Source: Chiloscyllium plagiosum
Lineage: Eukaryota
Length of the DNA: 61,610 nucleotides
Assembly: GCF_004010195.1 (NCBI RefSeq)
Contig: NC_057720.1
Span: forward strand, 35,663,194-35,724,803
Reading direction: 5' to 3'
The notes beneath the pieces are model-generated. The model did not search any database, was not told the DNA's origin, and saw only the letters and a list, made by a program, of their open reading frames with translations. Positions 37,978 to 50,685 of this stretch are shown here, piece after piece. The translations under genes were made by a program, and so were the position numbers. The first letter of the stretch is position 1. Every line of letters starts with the position of its first letter.

Positions 37978-39574
37978 AATGGGAGAATTGGGTTAGCATC
38001 GGACAAATGAGCATATAGTTAATGACTCACGTTTAGTAACAACAGCATGGCAAAATCCACTGAGCATCACTGAGAGAAACCCTTCCTGAAACTTGGTGAA
38101 GATCACACTTTGCCAAAATATGATAACATTCAGCCCATTGATTCTAAAGCAGCAAATATAAAGGAAGAAGTGAATTAGATGGAACGAAACTCCATACTTA
38201 TAAAATTAAACTTTCAAAGTCGAAGAGATTGCTTGATGGCAATTGTCAATTGTCATATCTTCAAAATTTAAATTCTCCTGAAGCACCAACTTTCCTTTTA
38301 CTGATGTCCTCATTGTCCTAGTGGACAAATATCACAACTCCATGCCATTGCATTGATTCCAGTGCCATGACAATCTGTCAGAATCGTTACAGCACATCCT
38401 GTGTTGGAACATGAAATCTCTGATAGCAACTTCTGCATTTTTGTATTTTGTATTTGTGGACCCCAAGCCTTACTGTTCATCTTGCTATGTTTCAACAGTG
38501 AATGTCATTGCCTCACTGATATTTTGCATTTTAAATTCATGCCATTAGCTTGTCTATTAAACTGGGCATAGATGATACTGACCATCAAAAGGTTGCTTTT
38601 TACATTGTTGGTTGATCCAGTAAATTGACATCCATAAAATGTCAGTGCTGAACTGACTGTCTTGCTGTAACAACAAAATATCAGTATTGGTCCATACTAA
38701 TGAAATGGCAGTGTTCCTTCTGTTAGACTAGCTGATTTGTGCACAAGGTATCATTTATATCTGCATACTAGAGGTCATCAAAAATGCTGCAGAGTAATGA
38801 CAACATCTTAATGGTGTGCAATTCCACCTGATAAAGGGGTCTATTATGATTTCATAAAGCTCCCAAACACATCTGTTAGGGTGTTGAATGTTACTAATTT
38901 TCCACTGTTTAATTGTGATGAATCACTGACCCTTGTTTTCAAATGGAAACAGTTCTGAATTCACAGTGTGAGTTGTTGTTTGAAATAGTTAACCTTGGCT
39001 GCCATTAGGGAACTGTCAGTGTTAGCAGCCCTTTTCAAAATGGGCTATGTGATGCTTATTTCATGATAAGAGACCAATGTGCATTGCAAAGCTGGGAGCA
39101 CTTGATACAACAACTGATAACCACCATGGCCCATTGTACTGCCTGAGTACTGTTATCAAATACCCCTAGATTCCTGTTTTCATCTACAGTTTGGGAATTA
39201 GTAAACCGCTCAAATACATTTCATGTCAAAGTCATTTTTATCAGGGAACTGTGGCTAAGCTAACCTCACATAGTATTTCTTGAGCGTTGTGCCGTGGCAA
39301 CAGAGAATGAAAACACAGTATAATCAGAATTTGACATCTGGCTTTCAGTGGAAACATGAATTCAATTTGTTCAAATTGTTACCTTTTGTTTGCTCATTTA
39401 TTCTTGTCTTTTACATGATATGAACCACTGACCAGATGAAATACGTTAATGCTGTCCATTTCCTATTTCTTTGTTTACTGGAAAATACACAAGTCAAAAA
39501 GTTTACTTTATCGCTGTCTCTCTTTCACTCTCCTATACCCTACCCCATGGGCTTTCTTCCTAAACTTTGCACCT

Positions 39575-39735
39575 GTACTCCCACATCAGCTGAGGTTACC
39601 ATGAAGGATTCTCCCTCTCAACCTCTTCCCCCCTGCCTGAGGTTTAGTGACCCTCAGATTAAACAACCACTCTCTGTAACGAGAGAGAGAGAGAGAGAGC
39701 AGCCTTATGATCTGCTAAGACTATGGCAATGTCTC
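39575..39735 (+). mobile_element. SINE-like fragment containing a (GA)n microsatellite
   Basis: ctgaggttaccatgaaggattctccctctcaacctc...gtgaccctcagattaaac...(ga)n gcagccttatga...aagactatggc resembles a shark SINE body. Confidence 0.5.
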
Positions 39736-41359
39736 TCCTGCTGAGGAGATCCAATTCCTTTGGTACGCTAGTTGAGATAAAAGGCTCACTATGGATAAGC
39801 CCAAGGTAGCATCTTACAACTTGGTGCTAAGCTCCATTTAAGATTTTAACTTTTTCTTACACAGCTTTTGAGTTTTGTTCAAGATTTTGAACTTTACTAT
39901 TCCTGATTGGGGAAGGGTCTTCTGAGTAATGGCAGTGAGGTTGAAGAAAAGTGACAAGTGGAAGTTACTTGTTTCCCATGAATGGTAGGTAAAATTGGGG
40001 TGTGGGTTAAAATGCCATTCTTTCATGGCTTTCTTGAAAGTGGCTTCCTTAGAATAGGATTGCTGAGGCCTGGGAACAGTTTACTGTTCATTGTCTGCCT
40101 GGAAAGCGATGTGTAAGAAGAGTGAGGAGAAAACAAATGGAATAATCGTACTTTTTAATTAAATCTTGTTGGATCTTGTTTCAACATTCTCTAAGCAGAA
40201 ACAAAACTAACAGCTCATGGTTGTTCAAATATGAATATGATGTTACAATGTTTTTAAAATTAAGTTGTTTAATTGCAATTTTTTTTCATGTATTTAACTT
40301 CTTTTCACCATGTCTCAGAAGAGAAAGAAACAAAGATCACGGTGAACCAACAAATTGCTTTTTAAGTCCATATCAAACTGTCATCCTGTATTTTTGTTTT
40401 TCTGCACGGAGCTAGTGTGAATACTTGTTTAGTAGCCACAAAGAATGTTGTGGACATGAAAGGCTTCTAATTGCATCACAACAAAAACAATAACTGCACA
40501 AAAATAAAACCCATAACAACTCATCTGTTTATCAGCTTGTTTCTTGTCCATGTGTTATTTTGATTGGACTCAACTGTGAAGCACTTTCAGGTTAAAATTC
40601 AGAAGTCTTTTTTTTCAGAAATGTTTCAGCACTCTGAGAGTTAATTATAAGTGATGTGTTGAATGAGTGTGGGTGCCAGGAAAGTGGGTGACTGTTACCA
40701 GTTAATAACTTTATGGCTTAAAAGCAAGACATTCATCATAATGAAGTTTGTTTATCCAGTAGTAATGTTGGATAGTACCAGGCATAAGTTTATTTGATGA
40801 ATTGTAGTTGTCAAGGCAGGCTGGTAGGGCAAGTCTCTAAGTCTAAAAGTAGCTCTCCTCAATCCAGGCAATGTAAGTCGTAGCTATTTTTTCAAATGCT
40901 GTGACAGGAAAGGTATTAAACCTGTAGATTTTACTGTTGGTTTTCTCCACCCAAGCGCTTTATGTGACAAGGGTAACTTTTTATCTTCTAGGAAACTATT
41001 AACCTTCTGAATATAAATGCTGTCTCAATACTCAGCCCCTGAAGAGGATGCAATTAAAAATACAAGACTGGAAATTCTTACTTAAACACAAATCAGGGGT
41101 AAATGGTGTGATATGAGCTTCACCAATGATTGAACTGCTATAGTTGTTCACTTCCAAAGTTTTTAGAATTAACATATTTCATCTATTCATACAAATTCCT
41201 GATCACCTAATGGGTTGCCTAATTGAGCAGTTACATAATGGTAATAGCTGAGGCTTAGTTAAAGGGCTCCAGAAGTCAAGTAAACAGCCACAAAATCACC
41301 TGCATCACAAAATAAGGATTAGGAGTTGCCGAATGTTTGGGCAATGGAAGCTTCTTAAA

Positions 41360-41553
41360 TATGCTGCATGCAATTTACTGATGCTGCAGTGGATCTCAAG
41401 CCACAGGAAATGAGAGAGAGGAGGGCTGTGCTCTTTGTCCCTGAAGGGCACCCTCCACAGAAACAATTAGTGCATCAATCATGGCAGCAGAACACTGATA
41501 GAATAAATGGTGTTACAAACACCCAAAGGAGCTGCTTGAAAACCAGACATTAA
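41360..41553 (+). mobile_element. Harbinger ORF1 Myb/SANT-like DNA-binding domain remnant (NAIF1/MSANTD-like)
   Basis: QFTDAAVDLKPQEMRERRAVLF...QSWQQNTDRINGVTNTQRS fits the pattern F(S/T)DxxxxxL...RRxVLF...W..IA..VN.....R(T/S). Confidence 0.65.
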
Positions 41554-42703
41554 CCTGCTGGTCACTGATGGAGTAGAACTCTTCTGTTCTTCCTGGCCTT
41601 TGCATTGCACTGTGCAAACTAGCAATGGAGTTAAAACGGACAACTGTGTATTAAGTGCATATACTGTTTAACTGGGAAGGAGGTGAAGTTGTTGGCATTG
41701 CTAAGTAAAGAACTAATTAACTGTTTGGGGATTGCTACTGCCAATGTCCACTCTGCCAATCTGGAAGGTGGGTCATGTGCTTGGCTGCAACTGGCAGTAC
41801 CATTTTTACAATGGAGAATGGTTTCTTGAAACAGATAACACAGCTCTGAAACTGACTCTGTGCTTATAAAGGCAGAGTAATTCAGGCCGAATGCTTAGTA
41901 AAGGCAGAATGTTTTTGTTGCTACCTGACATCCCTGGAATTTCTTTATTCTTCACTTTGATTTTGTCTCCTTTCTTGAAATCAAGTGAAGGGAATCACTG
42001 AAAAGTGTCTGTTTATCATTTAGTGCTTGAGAGATAGAAATATACACTTTCTGTTCCTTGTGTGCACAAACTTGACTGGGTTTTTAAGCCCTAAATTTGC
42101 ACACTACACATGCGGTGCATCAGAACAGGAAAATTGCTGGCTCCCCTAATAAACAGCATTCAACAGAAAATTTGCATTTCTAAAGGATGTGTCACATATT
42201 TGTGGGAGAAAGCACAATTCTTGTACAGCAGCAGAGATTTAAAGAGCATTCCTCAGTGGGTGGGAAGGAAATGAGTTCAGGAACTTTCTGACTCCCACCT
42301 GCACAAACCCATCAACAGAAATTGACAATGAATAGTTTCTCCAGTCTTGGAAGGCTTTCATCAAATGTGTTGGTTTTGATCATGTGCTTTACATTGGACG
42401 TTGGTGATTTTGGACCTTGCACGGAGAGGGACACAAAGTAGAAAAACAAATTTACTTTTGCTTTTTGTTTGAAATAATAGACTGAATCTTCCCATATTTT
42501 GGCTAAATGCCATTTTCATTGTGTATCATTGGAGAATTTCTACAAGGCCTCATGAGTTTTCTTGTGCTATTATTTCAAACCCACCTCATTAACTACTTAC
42601 CACATTCCTGTGACACCCCTCTCTTTCCGTGTTAGCCCGTAGGTACTTGCTACTGCTGGTATATCCTGAGATTCCTGGTGAAGGTATTATCTTAGAACCC
42701 CAG

Positions 42704-43996
42704 GTGAAAGTGAGGACTGCAGATGGTGGAGATTAATGTCAAGATTAGAGTGGCTCTGGAAAAGCGCAGCAGGTCAGGCAGCATCCGAGAAGCAGGAAAA
42801 TTGACGTTTCGGGCAGGAATGCAACTGGAAGTCTCGAGAGTGGAGAGATAAATGGGAGGAGGTGGGACTGGTGAGTTGTCCACATTGATGGCCTGGTGTT
42901 GAAGGGTTCCGAGGCAGAAGATGAGGCGTTCTTCCTCCGGGCGTCGGGTGATGAGGGAGTGGCGATGGAGGAGATCCAGGACCTGCATGTCCTCGGCAGT
43001 GTGGGAGGGAGTTGAAATGTTTAGCTACAGGTCAGTGGGGTTGATTGGTGCGGGCGTCCCAGAGATGATCCCTGAGGCTCAGCGGGAAGGCATCCAGTCT
43101 TCTCAGTGCAAAGGAGACTGCATTGGGAGCAATGGATGCAATAAATGACATTTCTGGAAGTGCAGGGGAAACCTTGATGGATGTGGAAGGCTCCTTTGGG
43201 GCCTTGAATGGAGGTGAGGGGGGAGGTGTGGGTGCAGGTTTTATAATTCCTGCGGTGGCAGGGGAAGATGCCAAGAGGGGAGGGTGCATTGTTGGGGGGG
43301 CATGGACCTGACCAGGTAGTCACAGAAGGAACAATCTTTGTGGAAAGCGGATAGGGGTGGGGAGGGAATATATCCCTGGTGGTGGGGTGTTTGTAGGTGG
43401 CAGAAATGTTGGTGGATGATGCGGTTTATATGGAGGTTGGTGGAGTGGAATGTGAGGACCATGGCGGTTCTGTCCTTGTTGCAGTTGAAGGGGTGGAGCT
43501 TGAGGGCGGAGGTGTGGGATGTGGATAAGATGCATTGGAGGGCATCTTCAACCACGTGGGAAGGGAAATTATAGTCTTTAAAGAAGGAGGCCATCTGGTG
43601 TGTTCTGTGGTGGAACTGGTCCTCCTGGGAGCAGATACGGCAGAGGTGGAGGAATTGGGAATACGGGATAGCAGTTCACCAGTTTCCTCATTTCCCCTCC
43701 CCTTCATCTTATTCCAGTTCCAAACCTGCAACTCAGCTCCATCCTCATGACCTGTCCCACCTATCCGCTCCACCCTCCTCTTCGACCTATCAACTTTACC
43801 CCTTCCTCCATCCACTTATTGCACTCTCAGCTACCTTCTCCCCACCCCCCCCCCCCCCCCTCCCATTTATCTCTCCACCCCCAAGGCTACTAGCCTCAAT
43901 CCTGATGAAGGGGGTCTGTCCGAAACAACATCAATTTTCCTGCTCCTCGGATGCTGCCTGACTTGCTTTGCTTTTCCAGCACCACTGTAAGCTTGA
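42704..43996 (-). mobile_element. Penelope-like element: RT end plus GIY-YIG endonuclease, with an inverted copy of its 3' end
   Basis: Minus-strand ORFs CHRRNYKTC...CTSRNVIYCIHCSQC...LRDHLW...EERLIFCLGTLQHQAIN. Orientation flips at about 43673 into a plus-strand 3' UTR/pLTR with CTGATGA at about 43902. TSD cttagaaccccag (42691-42703) / cttggaaccccag (43997-44009). Confidence 0.92.
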
Positions 43997-44494
43997 CTTG
44001 GAACCCCAGATATCCACCTGGTCAAGTGTTGGCAGTTTACAGTTGCCCTTTACCATCACATTAGTGATACAGAAGCACAAACCTACACATCCAACAGCAT
44101 AGAGGTAGAACAGCAAACACCTCCTACAGACTCAGCTGCATATTCCTACCCCACTCACTATTTAAGCACCAGAACACATAGCTTACCGATCATTAGCCAA
44201 TCAATCTTAAAACTCTCTAATTCACTAGTAAATCACTAATTATTTGAGAATTCACAAATTTGCCCGAATTCAATCTTTTCCCACTGCCCAGTGCAGCCCA
44301 ATATCTTATTTTTCAGTCTGGGACCATCACAAATAGGAAAGCCTTCAGTTAACTCAAAATATTCACTTTTATGTACAAATGTGAGTACAAATCAAAGAAG
44401 CAGAAGTTACATTTTCCTCTTGGAATGTAAACTACATACATGCTGAGCTCCAACAATTTTACAGTCAATGAATGATCACTGCACCCAGCTCTCA

Positions 44495-45515
44495 CAGGAT
44501 TTACATAATTTGGAAAGGCAAGGACTGATTAGGGATAGTCAGCATAGCTTTGTGAGTGGGGAATCGTGTCTCACAAACTTGAGTGAGTTTTTTTGAGGAG
44601 CTGACCAAGAAGATAGATAAAGGCAGACTGGTAGACTTTGTCTACATGGACTTTAGCAAGGCCTTCGACAAGGTTTTTCATGGTAGACTGGTTAGTAATG
44701 TTAGGAGAAAGTGAGGACTACAGATGCTGGAGATCAGAGTCAAAAAGTATGGTGCTGGAAAAGCACAGCAGTTCAGGCAGCATCCATGGAGCAGGAAAGT
44801 CGACATTTCAGACAGAGTAAAGTTAGTAAGGTTCGATCACATGGGATCAAGGGAGAGCTAGCGAATTGGATAGAGGATCGTAGGCATGGTGGTGAAGAAG
44901 GCATTTGGCATCCTTGCCTTAATCAGTTAGAGCACTGAGTAAAAGGTTTAGGATGCCATGTTATAGCTGTACAAGATACTGGTAAGGTCACATTTGAAGT
45001 TCTGCGTACTTTCTGGCTACCATGTTATGGGCAGGATGTTATTAAACTGGAAAGGTGCAAAAAAGATATACAAGGATGTCACCAGGATTGGAGGATTTGA
45101 GTTATTAGGAGAGGGTGAATAAGCTGAGACTTTTTACCCTGGAGTGAGGGAGGCTGAGGAGTGACCTTAAAGAAGTTTCTAAAATCATGAGGGGCATGGA
45201 TAAAGTGAATAGCCCAGCTCCTTTCCCCAGGGTAGGGGAGTCCAAACCTAGAGGACATTGGTTTAAAGTCAAAGGAGAAAGATTTAAAAGGGACCTGAGG
45301 GCCAGCTTTTTCACACAGTAAGTGATGGGCATACATGGAACTAGCTGCCTGAAGAAATGGTAGAGGCGTGTACAGTCGCCAAATTTAAACAACATTTAGA
45401 CAGGTGCATGGATGGGAAATGTTCAGTGGGATAAGAGCCAAATGCAGGCAAAGTTCAATTTGGTTGGCACGGACAAGTTGGGCCAAAGGACCTGTTTCCA
45501 TGCTGTATGACTCTA
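44495..45515 (+). mobile_element. CR1 LINE RT fragment with a large internal deletion
   Basis: YMDFSKAFDKVF...KVRSHGIKGELANWIE jumps directly to VVKKAFGILAL...LRSDL; CR1 tail at about 45480-45515. Confidence 0.85.
44704..44815 (-). mobile_element. Short PLE-end insertion (family A) inside the CR1
   Basis: ggagaaagtgaggactacagatgctggagatcagag...gtcgacatttc; TSD gttagtaatgtt / gttagtaaggtt. Confidence 0.85.
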
Positions 45516-45544
45516 GGTTCTGTTTGGCTTGTAGCATCTGCCAA

Positions 45545-45865
45545 TTCTGCACTCATGCAGAATGTGATGTTCCTCCAGCTCAATGTCCTCCTCTGAAGTC
45601 TGCTTCCACTGTCCCAGTTTGTCAGCATTATTCACTTCCACTCATCCCACAAAACGTAGCATGCAAGGATTATGTGGCACACTCTGTCTGGATTGTACTG
45701 GAAATCCCTGTCTGGATTGTACTGCAGAGCCTCATCTTTAGGAGGCCTATCGTCTGCTCCATTATGGCCCTGGATGGAGAATGGGCTGCACTGTTGTTGT
45801 GTTCTACCTTAGCCGAGGATTGCTTAATGAAATTGCTTAATCAGCCACAATGGCAGTAACCAACG
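45545..45865 (-). mobile_element. PIF/Harbinger transposase C-terminal remnant
   Basis: Minus strand AHSPSRAIMEQTIGLLKMR...LQYNPDRVCHIILACYVL resembles H..TR..IE.TIGLLKMRF...LQY.P.RV..II.ACC.LHN; 17-bp duplication ctgtctggattgtactg at 45684 and 45708. Confidence 0.75.
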
Positions 45866-46314
45866 TTATAAGGCATCTGGATCTTTAACACAGCAGAATT
45901 ATGAGAGTTTTTGAGGACATGGACATGAAGAATACCAGATTGAACCTGGGTATCAGATGCTCACCTACAACCTCTGTGGCACTTCCTACCTTACACTCAC
46001 TGGACATCCATTTCTTCTGAACCCCCACGTTTCCACCCATCACTTCGAACTATGATTCCAACTCTCATTCTTATGTTCTAGTCATGCCCGTCATCATGCT
46101 GCACTGTCTTCCAGTGGAGGCCATGATGCTAACTACTTATCGATCCCCTCCTGCCAAATCCATGTCCTCCCATCCATGACTAGCTCTACCCCCTGTCACA
46201 CCCTCCTTCGCCCTGGTCTATGTTACATTATCTTCTCCTTTTGCCCCCTCTGCATCCTGGGTTGCTGCCTCCTATCTGCAGCATTATGTCCTCCACCTCC
46301 TTTTTGAGTTTTAA

Positions 46315-46450
46315 TCAGTAAATCAATTGAGGGTTATGAGGGAAAGACAGAAAAGTGGAATTTGGGATTATCAGATCACATTGATCTCATTGAATGGTGT
46401 AGCAGACTCATTGGGCTGAATGGCCTCATTCTGCTTATTGTCTTATGGAA
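46315..46450 (+). mobile_element. CR1 3' tail
   Basis: tatcagatcacattgatctcattgaatggtgtagcagactcattgggctgaatggcctcattctgc. Confidence 0.7.
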
Positions 46451-48039
46451 TCAAGAATCTAGAAATACTCCACATTCATTCCATCACCAAATTTTCTTTT
46501 ATTAAGAGTTTTCCTGTGTTTTAATGCTCATGATTGCTCAGGTGTGCTGTGTAACTAAAAGCTCTCCAAAGCATAATAAAACTCCAAACCTCTTGTAACA
46601 AAAATTTGAGGTTCTCATAATCACTTTTTTCTTTTATTACTTAATGTTTCCTGAAACATTTACTTGACGTACTAACTGGTTCAGGAACAGCAATCGTGTC
46701 AGGTGAGCTTTGAGAAAGAATCAATTTCAGGAACAGCCAACTTGACATCAGGTTGCTTCAGTTTGCACCCGATACAATGACTACACAAAACTTTCAGTGG
46801 CAACACAAATCTTGTGAGACAGTTTTTGTTTTAGAAGTTAGAATTAATATGCATTTGTAATATTTTGCAGAAATGGATAGCTTGGATAACGATGTGTCTT
46901 TGTCTTATTTTAAATGGATGTTTCCAAATTTACAACCTCACCTGATGACTGAAGCAAATTATTTGATGCATCAAAGGTGGTTAAATGTCGAGGTCAGTCA
47001 TGAACTGTTTTGCAGTTCCAGCTCTTTTCTCTGAGCAACGTTTTAATTTTCAATTAAAGTATGGTTCAAGTGTTACTATTTGTTATTTGAGCTCTCTTTA
47101 TGATGGAGGAGGTTTTGACCTGCTTACAGTACTAGCTGGCTGTACAGTTGGCATATCCTCCACTCATCAGCATTTTTTTAAGACTGGAATCTCAATCAGG
47201 TTGGAGTAAGCAAAAAGTATCTCATTATATCAGCAGCTATTCTTAGGGGCGCTATGATGAGTGCACCACCATATTAAACAAACACCTTCTTGATTCAAAT
47301 TAAAATGTAAGAGTGAAGAAAATAACTGGGAAAGTTGTGCTATGACAGAAATTAGCAAAATGTTTCTAACTTAACATAGGTGATATTTCTTCATTCTTCC
47401 GAAGAAATTCTGAGAAAGGATATAACTTTGAGAAGTGGAAGATGGTTTATTGAATAATTGTTATTTTATTATGATTCCCTTTTTAAATAGTCAGATATAC
47501 AAATAATTTTCAACTAACTTTAATTTTTTTGCTTATGTATGTCTTTCGTTTAGTTTATATAATTGATACAGCAAAGAATACTAACAACATCAGGGAAAAT
47601 TACAGGTCCGATATGTGACAGAGTTGAAGCAATGTGTATATTGGAATTGAAGTTTCTTCAGCTTAATGACTTTCTTAGTTCAATTTCTACACATTTTGAG
47701 CAGGATAGCAATGCTACCCCTCTAATAATATTGCTCATGCACAGTGCTCAATATTAAATATAAGCAGAGAAAATAAACAGTTTTCAAAATTAAATTTTCA
47801 TAATTGTTAGTTCAAAAGACTAATTGTAGCATTGGATTCTGCAGACTCACCCAGTATTTGGTAGCTGCAGTGATAAACCATTCCCTGATAATTCAGTTAC
47901 CTGTTAAAGTCCCTGGGTGAAACAGTGGCCCCAGACTGGCTGGTGGGAGTACACCTTGTGTAAATGTCATGCTGTTGTGTTCAGCTAATCTTCACTCTAA
48001 TGGATGGTGCAGGGGATTGCCATGATCTGTAATTGCTGA

Positions 48040-48420
48040 ACGGTATCGGAAAAATAAAACTGTAAACTCAGTCAGGAGTCAGAGGTTTGAAAAGTTTATT
48101 GCTCAAGGTCACCTCCATAAATCATGGTTCGGAGGCAGGCACTCTGGTGATACCCTTTTGCTCAGGCTCTGAACGCATTCAGGTGTGGCTCTGCAAGGCA
48201 GCTTATGATTAAGGTGAGACTCTAAAAGCATTTAACCCTCAGAGGCCTGAAGCAGCACTTTCACGAGTCTTTAAATTCAGGCCTTCCTGAGGGAATGATG
48301 TTTCCCCCACAGATTTATTATTTCCTAATGCAGTTTGAAAATGTCTTAATGCGGGGCTGTGAGCTATGAAGCAAGTGTGTGGGAGGGTCAAACACATCTT
48401 TAAACATTCTCTGAAAGATA
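48040..48420. promoter_or_regulatory. Candidate enhancer or conserved non-coding element
   Basis: Apparently unique sequence with adjacent TCAAGGTCA (48103-48111, NR5A/ERR-type site) and CCATAAATCA (48115-48124, reverse complement TGATTTATGG, PBX-HOX), several retained CpGs. Motif evidence only. Confidence 0.3.
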
Positions 48421-50340
48421 TGAATGTTTCATTGGCATTAGGAAAAGATGAATGAAAGGGTTGAACAGAAAATGCTTTGTCCAAAATTGGACCTTACAGT
48501 ATCACATTTTAAAAGTTGCTGTGGGGTGTTGGGGGAGGTGAGGGGGTGCAAGATGAGAAATAGCATTGGTATGCTGCTACAAAAAAAAGAAAAAAAATGA
48601 AATGGGCAATACATTTTATAGCTGCAAGCACTTGCTTATTTCCAAGTCAACTCCCAGTTTTTACATATCAAGCTGATATTTATTACTGGGCAAGAGAGAA
48701 AACATTAATAGTTGCAAGCAGTCAAAATAAATTGGTAACTCTATTTTTAAATCCTTATTTCATGAGTTGGCAGAGCATGATTTTTTCCTTTGAAATTCTT
48801 TATACTTGCTCGTCTCTTGAATCATCTGACTGTGCTGGTTAGAATTTCCGATTTGTGAAGTTGACTGCTTGTAAAATTTCCAAAGTATCCCATTCCCACA
48901 ACAGTAAGACATTTGTACATTAATTTCATCACTCAGATCTTCTACCTTTTACATGAAGCACAGCAGATAGCCTACTCCCATTCTTTCCACCAAGCCTGTT
49001 TTAACTCAGTCAATTCAAGGGTCAGGATTGTGGTTTACATGATTTCGATCTGATTTTTCTTCTGTCTCTGTGGAAAAGTAACAGATTTCCATTGAGTGCC
49101 TCCTCGCATCAATATGACTGAGGTTTGTAATTGAGTATGTGGATGATCATGCCCATGAAAGCAAGTACAAACATTCTACAGCATAATATATCAGGCCTCA
49201 ATATATTAAATCATTAGACCAATGACACCTTATTTTCACATTTTTAGTTACAGGAAGGCAGCTAAAGTGAAAATGGTAGATCCGTTAATTACGAAAGGAT
49301 CAAACTAAAAGTGCCCTATTTGATAAACATTTCTTGTTGGCAGGATATGTTTCTGGGAGTTTTTTGGCGAGAAAATATCCAAGATCACATGCTTTGGAAA
49401 CTCAGCTGGATTTATCTACAATGTTCTAATGGAATAAATTTGATGTTTTCTGCTAATTCAACATTTTTCAATGTTCATCTTTAGTTTAAACTAAGCAAAT
49501 TCTAAATGTGTAGTGTTAGAACAACTTTCAACATAAGGATTTAACAGGGCTTCATCTGCAACTTCATCTGCTTATAAAAACTTCAAATTACATTACATTA
49601 TAATTTATAATGGTCACATATTTCAAAGTTTTCAATTGTATTTTTCCTTAGCTTCAATGATGAGTTGAAGGAGCTGATTTTGTCTTTTCTCCTTTTGTTA
49701 GTTTCTTGGCAGATTATCTTTTAAAGGTTTTGATTCATGATGGGGCAATGTTTTATGGGAGAGCCTGGACTAGAGTATTATTGCTCCACCATGGCTATTG
49801 CACGTTAACCAACTTTTTTTTTTCTGCATGTGCACACTCCAATAGGAGTCATTGGACATAAAGACCAGGAAACATGGCTACTTTCAGAGTGGGCTATCCC
49901 AAGGCCAGAGCCTTTCAGAAATACCCATCCAACATGATGACACTGTTTCTTTAAGTAAAGGTGGATTATTTTTTGTGTATGCTGAATCTGTCAGTAGTCC
50001 AAATTTAAGAATTGAGTGAAGTGTAGCTGAGATAAAGCACATCGAAACCACATCCATTGACCTTACTAAATAAAACAAGATTATTTTCTCCTATAACAAA
50101 ATGACAAAGATTGAATAAACCTTGACATCAAGTCTTAGAAACATCGCACACAAATTTAGTTCCAATGAAATCTAAGCAGCTCCGCAGAAATTCCCAAACA
50201 CTATGTGGGATGAAGAGAATTTATAGGATAGGCTACACTGTAAATAAATTTGATAGAATTAGATTTCATTTCCAAATATGCACCCTTGACTTTATCTGAA
50301 AACTTATATATCCACTCTCTGATCTCAATTTGAAACCTTA

Positions 50341-50685
50341 TTCATAGAATCACAGTGTGGCAAGAGGCCATTTGGCCCAACAAGTCCATTCCAATCCACC
50401 AAAGAGTATCCAACCAAGACCTATTCCCCTACCCTTTTTACTTTATATTTCCCCTGACTAATGCATCTACCCTACACATCTTTGGATATTACCCTTATAG
50501 GAGTAATTAAGCATGGCCAATTCACCTAACCTGCACATCTTTAGACTAAGGGAGGAAATCTGAGCACCCAAAGGAAACCCATGCAAACATGGGGAAAATG
50601 TGCACACAGTTGCCTGAGGCTGGAATTGAACCCGGCTCCCTGGCGCTGTGAGGCAGTGCTAACCACTGAGCCACCGTGCTACCCA
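50341..50685 (-). mobile_element. HE1-type SINE
   Basis: Plus strand ggaattgaacccggctccctggcgctgtgaggcagtgctaaccactgagccaccgtgctaccc at the head and catagaatcacagtgtggcaagaggcc at the tail. Confidence 0.85.

Larger units (their letters stand above)
35423..38108. mobile_element. Putative decayed TIR DNA transposon (Harbinger-like) hosting CR1 and PLE insertions
   Basis: Imperfect terminal inverted repeats gggtggaatcttcac (35423-35437) and gtgaagatcacac (38096-38108); interior more GC-rich than the flanks. Confidence 0.3.
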
